DNA from: Xanthobacteraceae bacterium
GTDB lineage: Bacteria; Pseudomonadota; Alphaproteobacteria; Rhizobiales; Xanthobacteraceae
DNA length: 64,000 nucleotides
Assembly (NCBI GenBank): GCA_020441545.1
Contig: JAGRLZ010000201.1
Coordinates: 1,415-65,414 of the forward strand
Direction of reading: 5' to 3'
Part shown: positions 28,119-37,619 of the stretch, one piece after another
How positions within the stretch are numbered: position 1 is the stretch's first letter
Layout of the letters: every line of letters starts with the position of its first letter
The notes under the pieces: model-generated
What the model was told of the DNA's origin: nothing
The model's input: only the letters and a program-made list of their open reading frames with translations
Databases searched by the model: none
Made by a program: the position numbers and the translations under genes

Positions 28119-28232
28119 GTCTCGGGACTTTTCAGCAGCCTGCAAACGGCTCTCGGCTTTTGCCGGAACTATCCGTCGTCATGCGCGGACCCGATCCGCG
28201 CATCCATCTTCGCAAGAATCCATCCTCACAAG

Positions 28233-28266
28233 AAAAAGCCCGCCGGCGATCTACCGGCGGGCTTTT
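28233..28266 (-). terminator. Rho-independent terminator downstream of the L,D-transpeptidase
   Basis: A5-GCCCGCCGG-loop(7)-CCGGCGGGC-T4. The minus-strand reading ends in T5. Confidence 0.6.
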
Positions 28267-28290
28267 CAATTCAGGATATCGAAAGACGGC

Positions 28291-29448
28291 TCAGCGCACC
28301 TGCACCTGAACCGGCGCAGGCAGCGGCGGCACGACGGTCGGCGCGGTGCCGCCGGCCTGGGCGACGGTAGCGTCCTGGCGCGGCATCGCGGCCGGTTGCG
28401 CCGAGGCGGTCGCCGGCGCGGTCTTGTGGCTGTCGCCCGGCAGCACGACGACGCGGGTGCCGACCTTCACCCGGTCGAACAGGTTCTCGACGTCCTCATT
28501 GAGCATGCCGATGCAGCCCGACGACACGAACTTGCCGATGGTCGAGGGCTGGTTGGTGCCGTGGATGCGGTAGACCGTGGAGCCGAGATACATGGCGCGG
28601 GCGCCGAGCGGATTGCCCGGCCCACCGGCCATGAAGCGCGGCAGGTAAGGCTGGCGCTCGATCATCTCGGCCGGCGGATGCCAGTCCGGCCACTCCGCCT
28701 TGCGGGTGATCTTCTGCACGCCGGTCCAGGTGAAGCCTTCCCGACCGACGCGGACGCCGTAGCGGATCGCGCGGTCGTTGCCCAGCACGTAATAGAGATA
28801 GGTGTTCGGGGTATCGACCACGATGGTGCCCGGCGGCTCCTTGGTGACGAAGGTCACCTCCTGGCGGCGCAGGTTGGGCGCCAGTTGCGCCTCGCCGCCC
28901 TGATCGGCTTCCGGCTGGTCTTCCGGCGGCAGGCCCGCGATCGAGGTCGGCTGCTGGCCCACCGATCCCGTGGTGCCGGGTCCACCGACGCCGGCCGGCG
29001 GGCGATTGGGATCGGCGCTGCCGGAATAGCTCGCCGTGGGCGGGGTGTAGGGGCGGCCGTAACGCGGGTCGTCCGGCGACATCACCGGGCCCCGCGGCGC
29101 GGTCTGGCTCGAATAGACCGGCGGGCTGCCGGCGGGACGGCCGTAGCGGGGATCCTCCGGCGACAGAATCGGCCCCGGGCTGGACTGGGCGGTGGTGCCG
29201 GCCGACGCGCCACGATCGTCGATGTCGTCGAATTGCGGCAGCGAACCGCTCTCCTGCGGCCGATCGCGATAGTCCGGCGGATGGGTCGAGTTGGAATAGC
29301 CCGACGACGGGTAGCCCTGGCTCGAATAACCCTGGTTCGAATAACCCTGGGCCGAGGCAAAGGTGGCGCCCGCCGCGCACAAGGCGCCTGCGGCGGCAAC
29401 AGTCAGAGCGCCCGCGGCGGTAACAGTCAGAATGCGTTTGATCATCAT
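28291..29448 (-). CDS. L,D-transpeptidase (YkuD) with Tyr/Ser/Gly/Pro-rich N-terminal region
   Basis: GTIVVDTPNTYLYYVL, HGT...SSGCIGM. Signal peptide MMIKRILTVTAAGALTVAAAGA. The track start 29475 is GTG. Confidence 0.85.
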   Translation of the reverse strand: MMIKRILTVTAAGALTVAAAGALCAAGATFASAQGYSNQGYSSQGYPSSGYSNSTHPPDYRDRPQESGSLPQFDDIDDRGASAGTTAQSSPGPILSPEDPRYGRPAGSPPVYSSQTAPRGPVMSPDDPRYGRPYTPPTASYSGSADPNRPPAGVGGPGTTGSVGQQPTSIAGLPPEDQPEADQGGEAQLAPNLRRQEVTFVTKEPPGTIVVDTPNTYLYYVLGNDRAIRYGVRVGREGFTWTGVQKITRKAEWPDWHPPAEMIERQPYLPRFMAGGPGNPLGARAMYLGSTVYRIHGTNQPSTIGKFVSSGCIGMLNEDVENLFDRVKVGTRVVVLPGDSHKTAPATASAQPAAMPRQDATVAQAGGTAPTVVPPLPAPVQVQVR

Positions 29449-29884
29449 CGCTCTTGTATAGCCCCAAGCCGACACTGCATCGTTAACGCCACATCACTTA
29501 CGATAGCGGCACATTCAAGACCACGTCAGTGAAATCGTTCCGAATCCGGCCATATTTGCGCATTCGCGGCACCAGCGTTGCAGAGATGCCGCAGCCGGCC
29601 GGGCGAACTCTCCAGGAACCGGCACGCCTGGCTTCGGAACCGCCATTCGGGCGACCCGGAACCGCCAGGCAGCCGGCGACAGCTATGAAGCGGCGGCGCA
29701 ACCTGCGCAAGTCCCGGCGGGCGCCGATCCGGCCAATCCGCTCAATTTTCCGCGAAACCGGGCGGACGATTGCGGTAATGTGGCCCTGCCCGATTCGCCC
29801 TCCGCGCGGGCCGCCCTGTAGTCACCGCGTTTCCGACGACATCAGCCACCGCGGGTCTGACCGCGGCATACGGATTCGATTTCC

Positions 29885-30871
29885 ATGCTTCCCGGCTTCC
29901 GCGCCCTGCTGGCGGCGATCGCGCTGACGTTCTCCATCGTGGTTTTCGGCCTCGGCGCGGCCGCGCTGCTGCGCGCCTCCCACGAGCGGTTCGCCAACCT
30001 GCCGGCCCTGCGGGTGCCGGAAACCGTGGTCGCGGCCCGGCCGGAGCCGTCCCGGCCGATGCTTGCCGCGCCGACCCTTGCCATGCCCACCCTTGCCATG
30101 CCCACCCTTGCCATGCTGCGCGTCGAGCCCCCCGCGCCCGAGCCGGCCACGCCGGTCGCCGCGAAGCCGGATGACCCGCCGCCCGCCGGCGGCGACGCCA
30201 CCATGTCCGAGGCCATGTCCGAGGCCGCGCCGGATGCGATGCCGGCGCTGGCCCCACCCGATCGGCCGGAATCCGGGCAAGCCTCCGAGACGGTTGCCGC
30301 ATTGACGCCGCAGCCTTCCGAGCGCGATGCCGACCAGGTCTCCCCCGCTCAAACGACGCCCGCGCCCGCACCGCTCGTGGTCGATCCCGAAGCCTCGATG
30401 ACGATGCGGCAGGCCGAGGTGCAAACCGCGATCCTGACGCCGGCCGCACCCGCGATTCCCGGCCCGGCCGAGATAACCGTCGCGCCCGCACAAGCCGAAG
30501 CGGCCGCCGCGACGGGCCCAGCGGAGGAACCGGCACAGGCCGCCGCCACGCCCGCGCTCGGTCCGCCGCCATCGTCCGACGCATCGCCCTCCGCCGACGC
30601 GCCGCCGGTAACGACTGCTGTGACGACCGCGGCCCTCGAACAGCCGGCGCCGGAGAGCGAGGCCCTGCCGCCGCCGGTGGTCCTCGAAGGTCCGGTGCCC
30701 CTGCCGAAATCGCGTGCCGCCGCACTGGCGCATCCGACGCCACGCCCTGCGCATTCGCGCAAACGGCGGATCGTGAAACGGACCGGCCACCGGCGCGTGG
30801 CGCGGCGCGCCGCGCCCGCGACGATTCAACAGCAACAGCAACAGATGCCGTCGCTGTTTCCGTTTCGGTAG
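29885..30871 (+). CDS. Membrane-anchored Pro/Ala-rich low-complexity protein
   Basis: N-terminal TM, high GC3, (PTLAM)x3 encoded by a 15-bp x3 repeat at 30071..30115, basic C-terminus with QQQQQ. The antisense 397-aa ORF is rejected. Confidence 0.55.
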   Translation: MLPGFRALLAAIALTFSIVVFGLGAAALLRASHERFANLPALRVPETVVAARPEPSRPMLAAPTLAMPTLAMPTLAMLRVEPPAPEPATPVAAKPDDPPPAGGDATMSEAMSEAAPDAMPALAPPDRPESGQASETVAALTPQPSERDADQVSPAQTTPAPAPLVVDPEASMTMRQAEVQTAILTPAAPAIPGPAEITVAPAQAEAAAATGPAEEPAQAAATPALGPPPSSDASPSADAPPVTTAVTTAALEQPAPESEALPPPVVLEGPVPLPKSRAAALAHPTPRPAHSRKRRIVKRTGHRRVARRAAPATIQQQQQQMPSLFPFR

Positions 30872-30880
30872 CGGCAGCGG

Positions 30881-31744
30881 TCAGGCCGGCCCGGTCGCGA
30901 CCGGCGGACCATCGGCCATGCCCCATTCCGACCACGAGCCGTCATAAAGGGCCGAGCCGCGCACGCCGAGACGATACAGCGCCAGCGTCAGCACCGCGGC
31001 CGAGACGCCCGACCCGCAGGTCGTCACCACCGGCCGGTCGAGATCGAGCCCGGCCGCCTCGAAGGCGCGGCGCAGATCGGCGAGCGGCTTCATCGTGCCG
31101 GTCTCGCCATCGATCAACTCGTTATACGGCAGGTTGCGGCTGCCCGGGATGTGCCCCGCCCGCAGGCCGGGGCGCGGTTCGGCAACGCTGCCCTCGAAGC
31201 GGTTGCGGGCGCGGGCATCGATCACCTGCTCGGCCTTCGAGGCCAGGTTGGCGACCAGCTGATCCCCGCTGCGGATCATGCCCGCATCGAGCGCCAGGTC
31301 CGAGACGCGGCCCGGCTTCGGAGTGGCATCGCCGGCCTCGACGGTGCGGCCTTCCGCCCGCCACGCCTTCAACCCGCCCTCGAGCACGCGGACCCTGGAA
31401 TAGCCGAACGACAGGAACATCCACCATGCCCGCGGCGCGGCGACCCAGCCGCCTGCGTCGTAGATCACCACCGTATCGCCGTCGCAGATACCGAGTGCGG
31501 CGACATCGCACGCGAACTGCCCGGCATCCGGATACATGTGCGGCAGCGGCGACGAATGGTCCGACACCGTATCGACGTCGAAGAATGCCGCGCCGGGAAT
31601 ATGCGCGGCGCGGAAATCGTCGATCGGCAACGGCAGCACGCCCGGCATCTTGAACGAGGCGTCGATCACCCTGATTTCGGGATCGTCGAGATGCCCCGCC
31701 AGCCATTCGGTGGAGACGAGAGGATCGTCGGTGGGGGAGGTCAT
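30881..31744 (-). CDS. sseA: 3-mercaptopyruvate sulfurtransferase (tandem rhodanese)
   Basis: LVSTEWLAGHLDDPEIRVIDAS..., active-site CGSGVSA. Confidence 0.85.
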   Translation of the reverse strand: MTSPTDDPLVSTEWLAGHLDDPEIRVIDASFKMPGVLPLPIDDFRAAHIPGAAFFDVDTVSDHSSPLPHMYPDAGQFACDVAALGICDGDTVVIYDAGGWVAAPRAWWMFLSFGYSRVRVLEGGLKAWRAEGRTVEAGDATPKPGRVSDLALDAGMIRSGDQLVANLASKAEQVIDARARNRFEGSVAEPRPGLRAGHIPGSRNLPYNELIDGETGTMKPLADLRRAFEAAGLDLDRPVVTTCGSGVSAAVLTLALYRLGVRGSALYDGSWSEWGMADGPPVATGPA

Positions 31745-31757
31745 GTCAAATCCCGCT

Positions 31758-31859
31758 GTCATTCCGGGATGCGCCTCCTGGGCGCAGACCCGGAATCCAT
31801 ACGCCCGGCGGTGGTTATGGATTCCGGGTTCGCTCGCTTCACGCGCGCCCCGGAATGAC
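31758..31859. repeat. Type-B MITE-like element (GTCATTCCGGG...CCGGAATGAC)
   Basis: Terminal inverted repeats plus internal CCGGAATCCAT/ATGGATTCCGG inverted repeats. It sits 14 nt upstream of the sseA ATG. Confidence 0.85.
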
Positions 31860-31906
31860 GAAAAGCAACGGTCGCCCGCGCCTCGCGGCCGACGAATGAT
31901 GGCCGC

Positions 31907-32326
31907 TTACGCCTTCGGCTTCTTCGGCTCGACCTTCTCGACCGTCTCGCCGGCATCGCGCCAGGCGGTGAAGCCGCCGCCGAGATGGGCGACCGGCTTC
32001 AGGCCCATGTCCTGCGCGGTCTTGGCGGCCAGCGCCGAGCGCCAGCCGGAAGCGCAATGGAAAATGAACTTCTTGCCCTCCTGCTGGAAGATCGGCTTGG
32101 CATAGGGGCTTTCCGGATCGATCCAGAATTCCAGCATGCCGCGGGTGCAGGAGAACGAACCCGGGATCTTGCCCTCACGCTCCAACTCGCGCGGATCGCG
32201 CAAATCGACGATCACCGCCTCGCCACGCGCGACCGCCGCCTTGGCGTCGGCGACGTTCATGGTCTCGATGTCCTTGTTGGCGTCATCGAGCAGCTTCTTG
32301 ATGCCGCGGGTGATGGTCTGGGCCAT
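31907..32326 (-). CDS. Single-domain rhodanese-like sulfurtransferase
   Basis: From ATG 32326: MAQTITRGIKKL...IFHCASGWRSALAA (active-site Cys loop). Confidence 0.8.
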   Translation of the reverse strand: MAQTITRGIKKLLDDANKDIETMNVADAKAAVARGEAVIVDLRDPRELEREGKIPGSFSCTRGMLEFWIDPESPYAKPIFQQEGKKFIFHCASGWRSALAAKTAQDMGLKPVAHLGGGFTAWRDAGETVEKVEPKKPKA

Positions 32327-32416
32327 TCTATCCGTTCCTTCCTCTTGTTTCTTGTTTGCCGTGGATATGATGCCCGCGCATCGCTTCGCGCTGCGCGGCA
32401 TCCGGGGCACCCGGTT

Positions 32417-33592
32417 CTACCGCACCAGTTCCTTCATCGCGCCCTCCAGCCCTTCGATCGTCAGCGGGAACATGCGCTCGGAGAACATGCGGCGGATGAT
32501 GGTCGTCGATTCCGAATAATCCCAGTGCTTCTGCGCCACCGGATTGAGCCACACCGCATGCGGATAGGTCCGGGTCACCCGCTCCAGCCACACCGAGCCG
32601 GCCTCCTCGTTGACGTGCTCGACCGAGCCGCCCGGCACCATGATCTCGTAAGGCGACATCGAGGCATCGCCAACGAACACCACCTTGTAGTCGTGCGGAT
32701 ACTTGTGCAGCACGTCCCAGGTCGGGGTGCGATCGGTGAAGCGGCGCTTGTTCTGCTTCCACACGCCCTCATAGAGGCAGTTGTGGAAGTAGAAATACTC
32801 CATGTGCTTGAACTCGGTCTTGGCGGCCGAGAACAGTTCCTCCACCTGCTTGACGTGGCTGTCCATCGAACCGCCGATATCGAAGAACACCAGCACCTTC
32901 ACCGCGTTGCGCCGCTCGGGACGCATATGCACGTCGAGATAGCCGTGGTTGGCGGTCTCCTTGATGGTGGTGTCGAGATCGAGTTCGTCCGGCGCGCCGG
33001 TGCGCGCGAATTTGCGCAGGCGGCGCAGCGCCACCTTGATGTTGCGGATGCCGAGTTCGACATTGCCGTCGAGATCCTTGAACTCGCGCTTGTCCCATAC
33101 CTTGACGGCGCGCCTGTTGCGGCTCTTCTCCTGGCCGATCCGGATGCCTTCCGGATTGTAGCCGTGGGCGCCGAACGGCGAGGTGCCGGCGGTGCCGATC
33201 CACTTGCTGCCGCCCTGGTGCCGCTTCTTCTGCTCCTCGAGGCGCTTCTTCAGCGTCTCCATGAGCTTGTCCCAGCCCATGGCCTCGATCTGCTTCTTCT
33301 CTTCCTCGGTGAGATATTTCTCCGCCAGCTTCTTCAGCCACTCGGCGGGAATCTCCGCCGTCTCCATGGCTTCGAGCAGGCTCTCCAGCCCCTTGAACAC
33401 CGAGCCGAACACGCGGTCGAACTTGTCGAGGTTGCGCTCGTCCTTCACCAGCGCCGAGCGCGACAGATAATAGAAGTGCTCGACGCTCTGGTCGGCGAGA
33501 TCGGCGTCGATCGCCTCCAGCAGCGTCAGGTACTCGCGCAAGGTGACCGGCACCTGCGCATCGCGCAACGAGGTGAAGAATTGCAGGAACAT
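32417..33592 (-). CDS. VWA domain-containing protein (CoxE-like, partner of MoxR-type AAA ATPase)
   Basis: 391 aa. VLVFFDIGGSM (MIDAS-like DxSxS variant), VVFVGDASM. Confidence 0.8.
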   Translation of the reverse strand: MFLQFFTSLRDAQVPVTLREYLTLLEAIDADLADQSVEHFYYLSRSALVKDERNLDKFDRVFGSVFKGLESLLEAMETAEIPAEWLKKLAEKYLTEEEKKQIEAMGWDKLMETLKKRLEEQKKRHQGGSKWIGTAGTSPFGAHGYNPEGIRIGQEKSRNRRAVKVWDKREFKDLDGNVELGIRNIKVALRRLRKFARTGAPDELDLDTTIKETANHGYLDVHMRPERRNAVKVLVFFDIGGSMDSHVKQVEELFSAAKTEFKHMEYFYFHNCLYEGVWKQNKRRFTDRTPTWDVLHKYPHDYKVVFVGDASMSPYEIMVPGGSVEHVNEEAGSVWLERVTRTYPHAVWLNPVAQKHWDYSESTTIIRRMFSERMFPLTIEGLEGAMKELVR

Positions 33593-33667
33593 GCGGCGCG
33601 GCCTCGGCGGTTCGCGGAAACTGGAAATCGATAAGACGCCCGGCGGCGTCCACCGTTCGGGGCAGTC

Positions 33668-33727
33668 GTCTCAAGTCAGCTTATCTCAAGTCAGCTTGTC
33701 TCAGGTCAGCTTGTCTCAGGTCAGATT
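33668..33727. repeat. 15-bp tandem repeat x4 (GTCTCA[A/G]GTCAGCTT)
   Basis: Four head-to-tail copies, ~75 bp upstream of the VWA gene start (minus strand). Confidence 0.9.
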
Positions 33728-33973
33728 GCCCGCCAGCCGGTCGCCGTCAAGGGTTGCCGGCCGTTTGACGCAAGACTGCCCTGCGCTTTACGGCAAGCTT
33801 GTCTGCCTTAGCCGCTGGCCGGACACGTGCGGCAAGGCCCCCACAGAACTGGACCGGGCCGACTTTTCGTCTACAGTTGAATGACTTATATCACGACAAG
33901 ACCCTGCCCGGCGGCGGCGGAGGTCAAATTTCGGGACAAGGAATAAATCCCGGGGGAGCATTGGGGAGCCTTC

Positions 33974-34228
33974 ATGGGCATTGAATCGATCATCGTTTGG
34001 CTTATCGTCGGCGCGATCGCGGGCTGGCTCGCCGGCCTCATCGTCCAGGGTGGCGGATTCGGCCTGCTCGGCAACATCGTCGTCGGCATTGTCGGTGCGG
34101 TGGTCGCGGGGTGGCTGTTGCCGCAGCTCGGCATCAATCTCGGCACCGGCGTGATCCGCGCGATCATCAACGCGGCCATCGGCGGCGTCATCGTGCTTGT
34201 CATCATCGCGCTGATCAGACGCGCCTGA
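33974..34228 (+). CDS. GlsB/YeaQ/YmgE family stress-response membrane protein
   Basis: MGIESIIVWLIVGAIAGWLAG...GNIVVGIVGAVVAGWL, a typical transglycosylase-associated/GlsB sequence. Confidence 0.85.
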   Translation: MGIESIIVWLIVGAIAGWLAGLIVQGGGFGLLGNIVVGIVGAVVAGWLLPQLGINLGTGVIRAIINAAIGGVIVLVIIALIRRA

Positions 34229-34245
34229 TCGCCGATATTTTTTTG

Positions 34246-34280
34246 GCAACGACCGCCACGCCGGCGGTCGTTGCATGTTT
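34246..34280 (+). terminator. Rho-independent terminator
   Basis: 12-bp perfect stem GCAACGACCGCC/GGCGGTCGTTGC, a 5-nt loop, then ATGTTT. Confidence 0.6.
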
Positions 34281-34333
34281 GAGGGACGTAATCGGTCCCG
34301 AGCAAAACGCATAACGCATAAGGCAGAGGGTCA

Positions 34334-35176
34334 ATGAAGTTTACCGGCACCAAAGACTACGTCGCGACCGACGATCTCAAGGTCGCAGTCAACGCAGCCA
34401 TCGTGCTCGAGCGCCCGCTTCTGGTGAAGGGCGAGCCGGGCACCGGCAAGACGGTGCTGGCCGAGGAAGTCGCCAAGGCGATCGGTGCGCCGCTTCTGAC
34501 CTGGCACATCAAGTCCACCACCAAGGCGCAGCAGGGCCTTTACGAATACGACGCGGTGTCGCGGCTGCGCGACAGCCAGCTCGGCGATGCGCGCGTCTCC
34601 GACATCAAGAACTACATCAAGCGCGGCAAGCTGTGGGAAGCCTTCACCCACGGCAAGCGGCCGGTGCTGCTGATCGACGAGATCGACAAGGCCGACATCG
34701 AATTCCCCAACGACCTCCTGCTCGAACTCGATCGCATGGAGTTCTTCGTCTACGAGACCGGCGAGACGATCCGGGCCAAGGAACGCCCGGTGGTCATCAT
34801 CACCTCGAACAACGAGAAGGAACTGCCGGACGCCTTCCTGCGCCGCTGCTTCTTCCACTACATCAAGTTCCCCGACCAGGAGACCATGAACCAGATCGTC
34901 GACGTGCATTTCCCCGGCATCAAGCAGCGGCTGGTGCAGGAGGCGCTGCGCATCTTCTTCGAGGTGCGCGAGGTGCCGGGCCTGAAGAAGAAGCCGTCGA
35001 CCTCCGAGCTGCTCGACTGGCTCAAGCTGCTGCTCAACGAGGACATGTCGCCGGAGCAGTTGCGCGAGCGCGATCCGCGCAAGCTGATCCCGCCGCTGCA
35101 CGGCGCGCTGCTCAAGAACGAGCAGGACGTCCACCTGTTCGAGCGCCTCGCCTTCCTCAGCCGCCGCGAGGTGTGA
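34334..35176 (+). CDS. MoxR-like AAA+ ATPase
   Basis: LLVKGEPGTGKT (Walker A), VLLIDEIDK (Walker B), ITSNNEKELPDAFLRRC. Confidence 0.85.
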   Translation: MKFTGTKDYVATDDLKVAVNAAIVLERPLLVKGEPGTGKTVLAEEVAKAIGAPLLTWHIKSTTKAQQGLYEYDAVSRLRDSQLGDARVSDIKNYIKRGKLWEAFTHGKRPVLLIDEIDKADIEFPNDLLLELDRMEFFVYETGETIRAKERPVVIITSNNEKELPDAFLRRCFFHYIKFPDQETMNQIVDVHFPGIKQRLVQEALRIFFEVREVPGLKKKPSTSELLDWLKLLLNEDMSPEQLRERDPRKLIPPLHGALLKNEQDVHLFERLAFLSRREV

Positions 35177-35206
35177 GGCGGCAAAGAGCGTCAACCACAG
35201 CGGCTG

Positions 35207-35308
35207 GTCATTCCGGGGCGCTCGCTTGCGAGCGAACCCGGAATCCATGGTCACTGCCGGGCGCATGGATTCCGGGCCTGCGCCAAGAGGGCGCATCCCG
35301 CAAATGAC
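35207..35308. repeat. Type-B MITE-like element
   Basis: GTCATTCCGGGGCGC...CCGGAATCCATGG...CCATGGATTCCGG-like core...CAAATGAC, between convergent genes. Confidence 0.8.
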
Positions 35309-35333
35309 GGACTGTCATTCCCGGGCCCACAAC

Positions 35334-36956
35334 TCAATTGCCGGGATCATCCCTCCCCCGGATGAAATCCGACGCCTTGTCGGCGATCATCATGGTCGAG
35401 GCGTTGAGGTTGGCGGAGATCATGCGCGGCATGATCGAGGCATCGACCACGCGCAAGCCTTCGAGGCCGCGCACCCGCAGGCGATCATCGACCACCGCCC
35501 ATGGCGCGTCGGCCGGCCCCATCCGGCAGGTGCAGCCGGGATGAAAGGTGGTGGTGCCGCGCTCGGTCGCCGCGGCGAGGAATTCGTCGTCGGTCTCGAC
35601 GCCGGGCCCGGGGAAATCCTCGCGCGCGTAATATTGCGACAGCGGTTGCGAGGCGAGCAACCGCCGCGCCAGCTTCATGCCGGCGACGACGACGCGCCGG
35701 TCCAGCTCGGCGGCGAGATAGTTGGTCTGGATCAGCGGCGCCTCGAACGGATCATTGGAGCGGCAGCGCACATAGCCCCGGCTCTCGGGACGCTGCTGCC
35801 ATGACGCCACCGTCATGCCGGGCTCGTCCTCCAGCTTGCCCTGCACGCCTTCCTTGTAGCTGGCCGGCGTGAAGGTGAGTTGCAGGTCGGAGCTTTCCGC
35901 CGTCTCGCCGGAATGCCAGAAGCAGTAGACCATGGTCGGCGACAGCGCGAGGATGCCGCGCCGGGTCGCCGCCCACTTGATCGCCTCGAGCGCCAGGTTG
36001 AACCCGCGCGCGCGTTCGTTGATGGTCCGGATGTTCTTCACCCGCGCCACCGAGCGCGGCGCGTAGTGATCCTGCAGGCCCTCGCCGACGCCCGGCAGCG
36101 CGTGATGCAGGTCGATGCCGAGCGAACCCAGCAACGCCGGATCGCCGACGCCGGAGAGTTGCAGCAGTTGCGGCGAATTGTAGGCGCCGCCGGACAGGAT
36201 CACCTCCTTGCGCGCCCGCACCTCCCGGGCCGCGCCGCCCCGCCCGCCTTTGGCGTAGCGCACGCCGACCGCGCGCCGGCCCTCGAAGACGATTCCCGTC
36301 GCGTGGGCATGGGTGCGCACCGCGAGATTGCCGCGACCAAGCGCCGGACGCAGGAACGCGGTCGCCGCGCTGACGCGGCGGCCGTTGTGAATGGTGCGCT
36401 GGGCGTAGGACACGCCCTCCTGGGTCCGGCCGTTGTAGTCCGGGTTGCGCGGAATGCCGAGGCTGACGGCGCCCGCGATGAAGGCATCGCAGAGCGGATC
36501 GCGCCAGCCGATGTCGGTCACGGTCAGGCTGCCGTCGCGGCCGCGGAACTCGTCCTCGCCGGCGCCGATGCGCCGCTCCAGCCGGCGGAAATACGGCAGC
36601 ACGTCGGCGTAGCTCCAGCCGCGGTTGCCGTATTGCGCCCAGGTGTCGAAGTCCTGGTGCTGGCCGCGGTTGTAGATATGGCCGTTGATCGAGCTGGAGC
36701 CGCCGAGCGTCTTGCCGCGCGGCGCGAAAATGCGGCGGCCCGCCGTCCACGGCCCAGCCTCTTGCGAATAGCACCAGTTGATCCTGGGATCGTAGAAGGT
36801 CTTGATGAAGCCGGCCGGCAGATGGATGTAGGGGTGCCAGTCGCGCGGTCCCGCCTCCAGCACGCAGACGGTGACGCCGGCATCCTCGCCCAGCCGGTTG
36901 GCGAGCACGCACCCCGCCGAGCCGGCACCGACGATCACATAGTCGAACGTGTCCAT
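35334..36956 (-). CDS. GMC family oxidoreductase (choline dehydrogenase-like)
   Basis: DYVIVGAGSAGCVLANRL, GKTLGGSSSINGHIY. 540 aa. Confidence 0.9.
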   Translation of the reverse strand: MDTFDYVIVGAGSAGCVLANRLGEDAGVTVCVLEAGPRDWHPYIHLPAGFIKTFYDPRINWCYSQEAGPWTAGRRIFAPRGKTLGGSSSINGHIYNRGQHQDFDTWAQYGNRGWSYADVLPYFRRLERRIGAGEDEFRGRDGSLTVTDIGWRDPLCDAFIAGAVSLGIPRNPDYNGRTQEGVSYAQRTIHNGRRVSAATAFLRPALGRGNLAVRTHAHATGIVFEGRRAVGVRYAKGGRGGAAREVRARKEVILSGGAYNSPQLLQLSGVGDPALLGSLGIDLHHALPGVGEGLQDHYAPRSVARVKNIRTINERARGFNLALEAIKWAATRRGILALSPTMVYCFWHSGETAESSDLQLTFTPASYKEGVQGKLEDEPGMTVASWQQRPESRGYVRCRSNDPFEAPLIQTNYLAAELDRRVVVAGMKLARRLLASQPLSQYYAREDFPGPGVETDDEFLAAATERGTTTFHPGCTCRMGPADAPWAVVDDRLRVRGLEGLRVVDASIMPRMISANLNASTMMIADKASDFIRGRDDPGN

Positions 36957-36981
36957 CTTGCTTCCGTGACCATCGTTATCG

Positions 36982-37617
36982 TCATTGCGAGGAGCGTGAG
37001 CGCTCCAGTTGATAATTCAGGTGCACTTTCGCGGTCGGCCATTCGGGCGCGACGATGCTGAACACCACGGTGTCGCGCAGCGTGCCGTCGGGCGAAATCT
37101 GGTGGTTGCGCAGGATGCCGTCCTGCTTGGCGCCGAGCCGCTCGATGCCGCGCCGCGACTGGTGATTGAAGAAATGGGTGCGGAATTCCACCGCGATGCA
37201 GTCCAGCGTCTCGAAGGCGTGGGTCAGCAGCAGCAGCTTGCACTGGGTGTTGAGCGGGGTGCGCTGCACCCGCGCCGCGTACCAGGTCGAACCGATCTCG
37301 ACGCGGCGGTTCGGCGCATCGACATTCATGTAGGTGGTCATGCCGGCGATGCGGCCGCCGGCGTCCCTCACCGTGAACGGCAGCATCGCGCCGGCGTCCT
37401 GCAATTTGAGGCGGCGGTCGATCTCCGCCGCCATCTTCGCCGGCTCCGGAATGAAGGTGTACCACAGCTTCCACAGCTCGCCGTCCGTCACCGCCTCGAC
37501 CAGGCCGTCGTGATGCGCCGGCGCCAGCGGCTCGAGCGTGGCATGCGGACCTTTCAGGGTAACGGGCTCAAGCCAGGGCATTTTTTGCCTTTCCGGTTTC
37601 GGATCGATGTTATCCAT
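36982..37617 (-). CDS. GNAT family N-acetyltransferase (RimJ/RimL-like)
   Basis: ...RVEIGSTWYAARVQRTPLNTQCKLLLLTHAFE..., RSRRGIERLGAKQDGILR. Confidence 0.8.
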   Translation of the reverse strand: MDNIDPKPERQKMPWLEPVTLKGPHATLEPLAPAHHDGLVEAVTDGELWKLWYTFIPEPAKMAAEIDRRLKLQDAGAMLPFTVRDAGGRIAGMTTYMNVDAPNRRVEIGSTWYAARVQRTPLNTQCKLLLLTHAFETLDCIAVEFRTHFFNHQSRRGIERLGAKQDGILRNHQISPDGTLRDTVVFSIVAPEWPTAKVHLNYQLERSRSSQ

Positions 37618-37619
37618 CC

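Noticed and set aside
27936-28145. Short ORFs lying within repeat elements (27936..28145, 31759..31956) or formed mainly by them at the start of a longer ORF (35226..35804, 57676..57879), and the repeat-encoded C-terminus of 39546..40145
   Set aside because: The repeat-derived translations (…RFRAKRVPVRVKKTR…, …ANPESM…, MIPKSGSRFSEKDHAQ…) come from reading through palindromic MITE/REP-like repeats, and the same nucleotide repeats occur in both orientations. They are not protein-coding.
33841-33973. EcfG-type promoter for glsB (AGAAC-N18-CGTC)
   Set aside because: Mismatches occur in both elements and the spacer is over-long. It was not reported as a feature even though GlsB proteins are often stress-induced.
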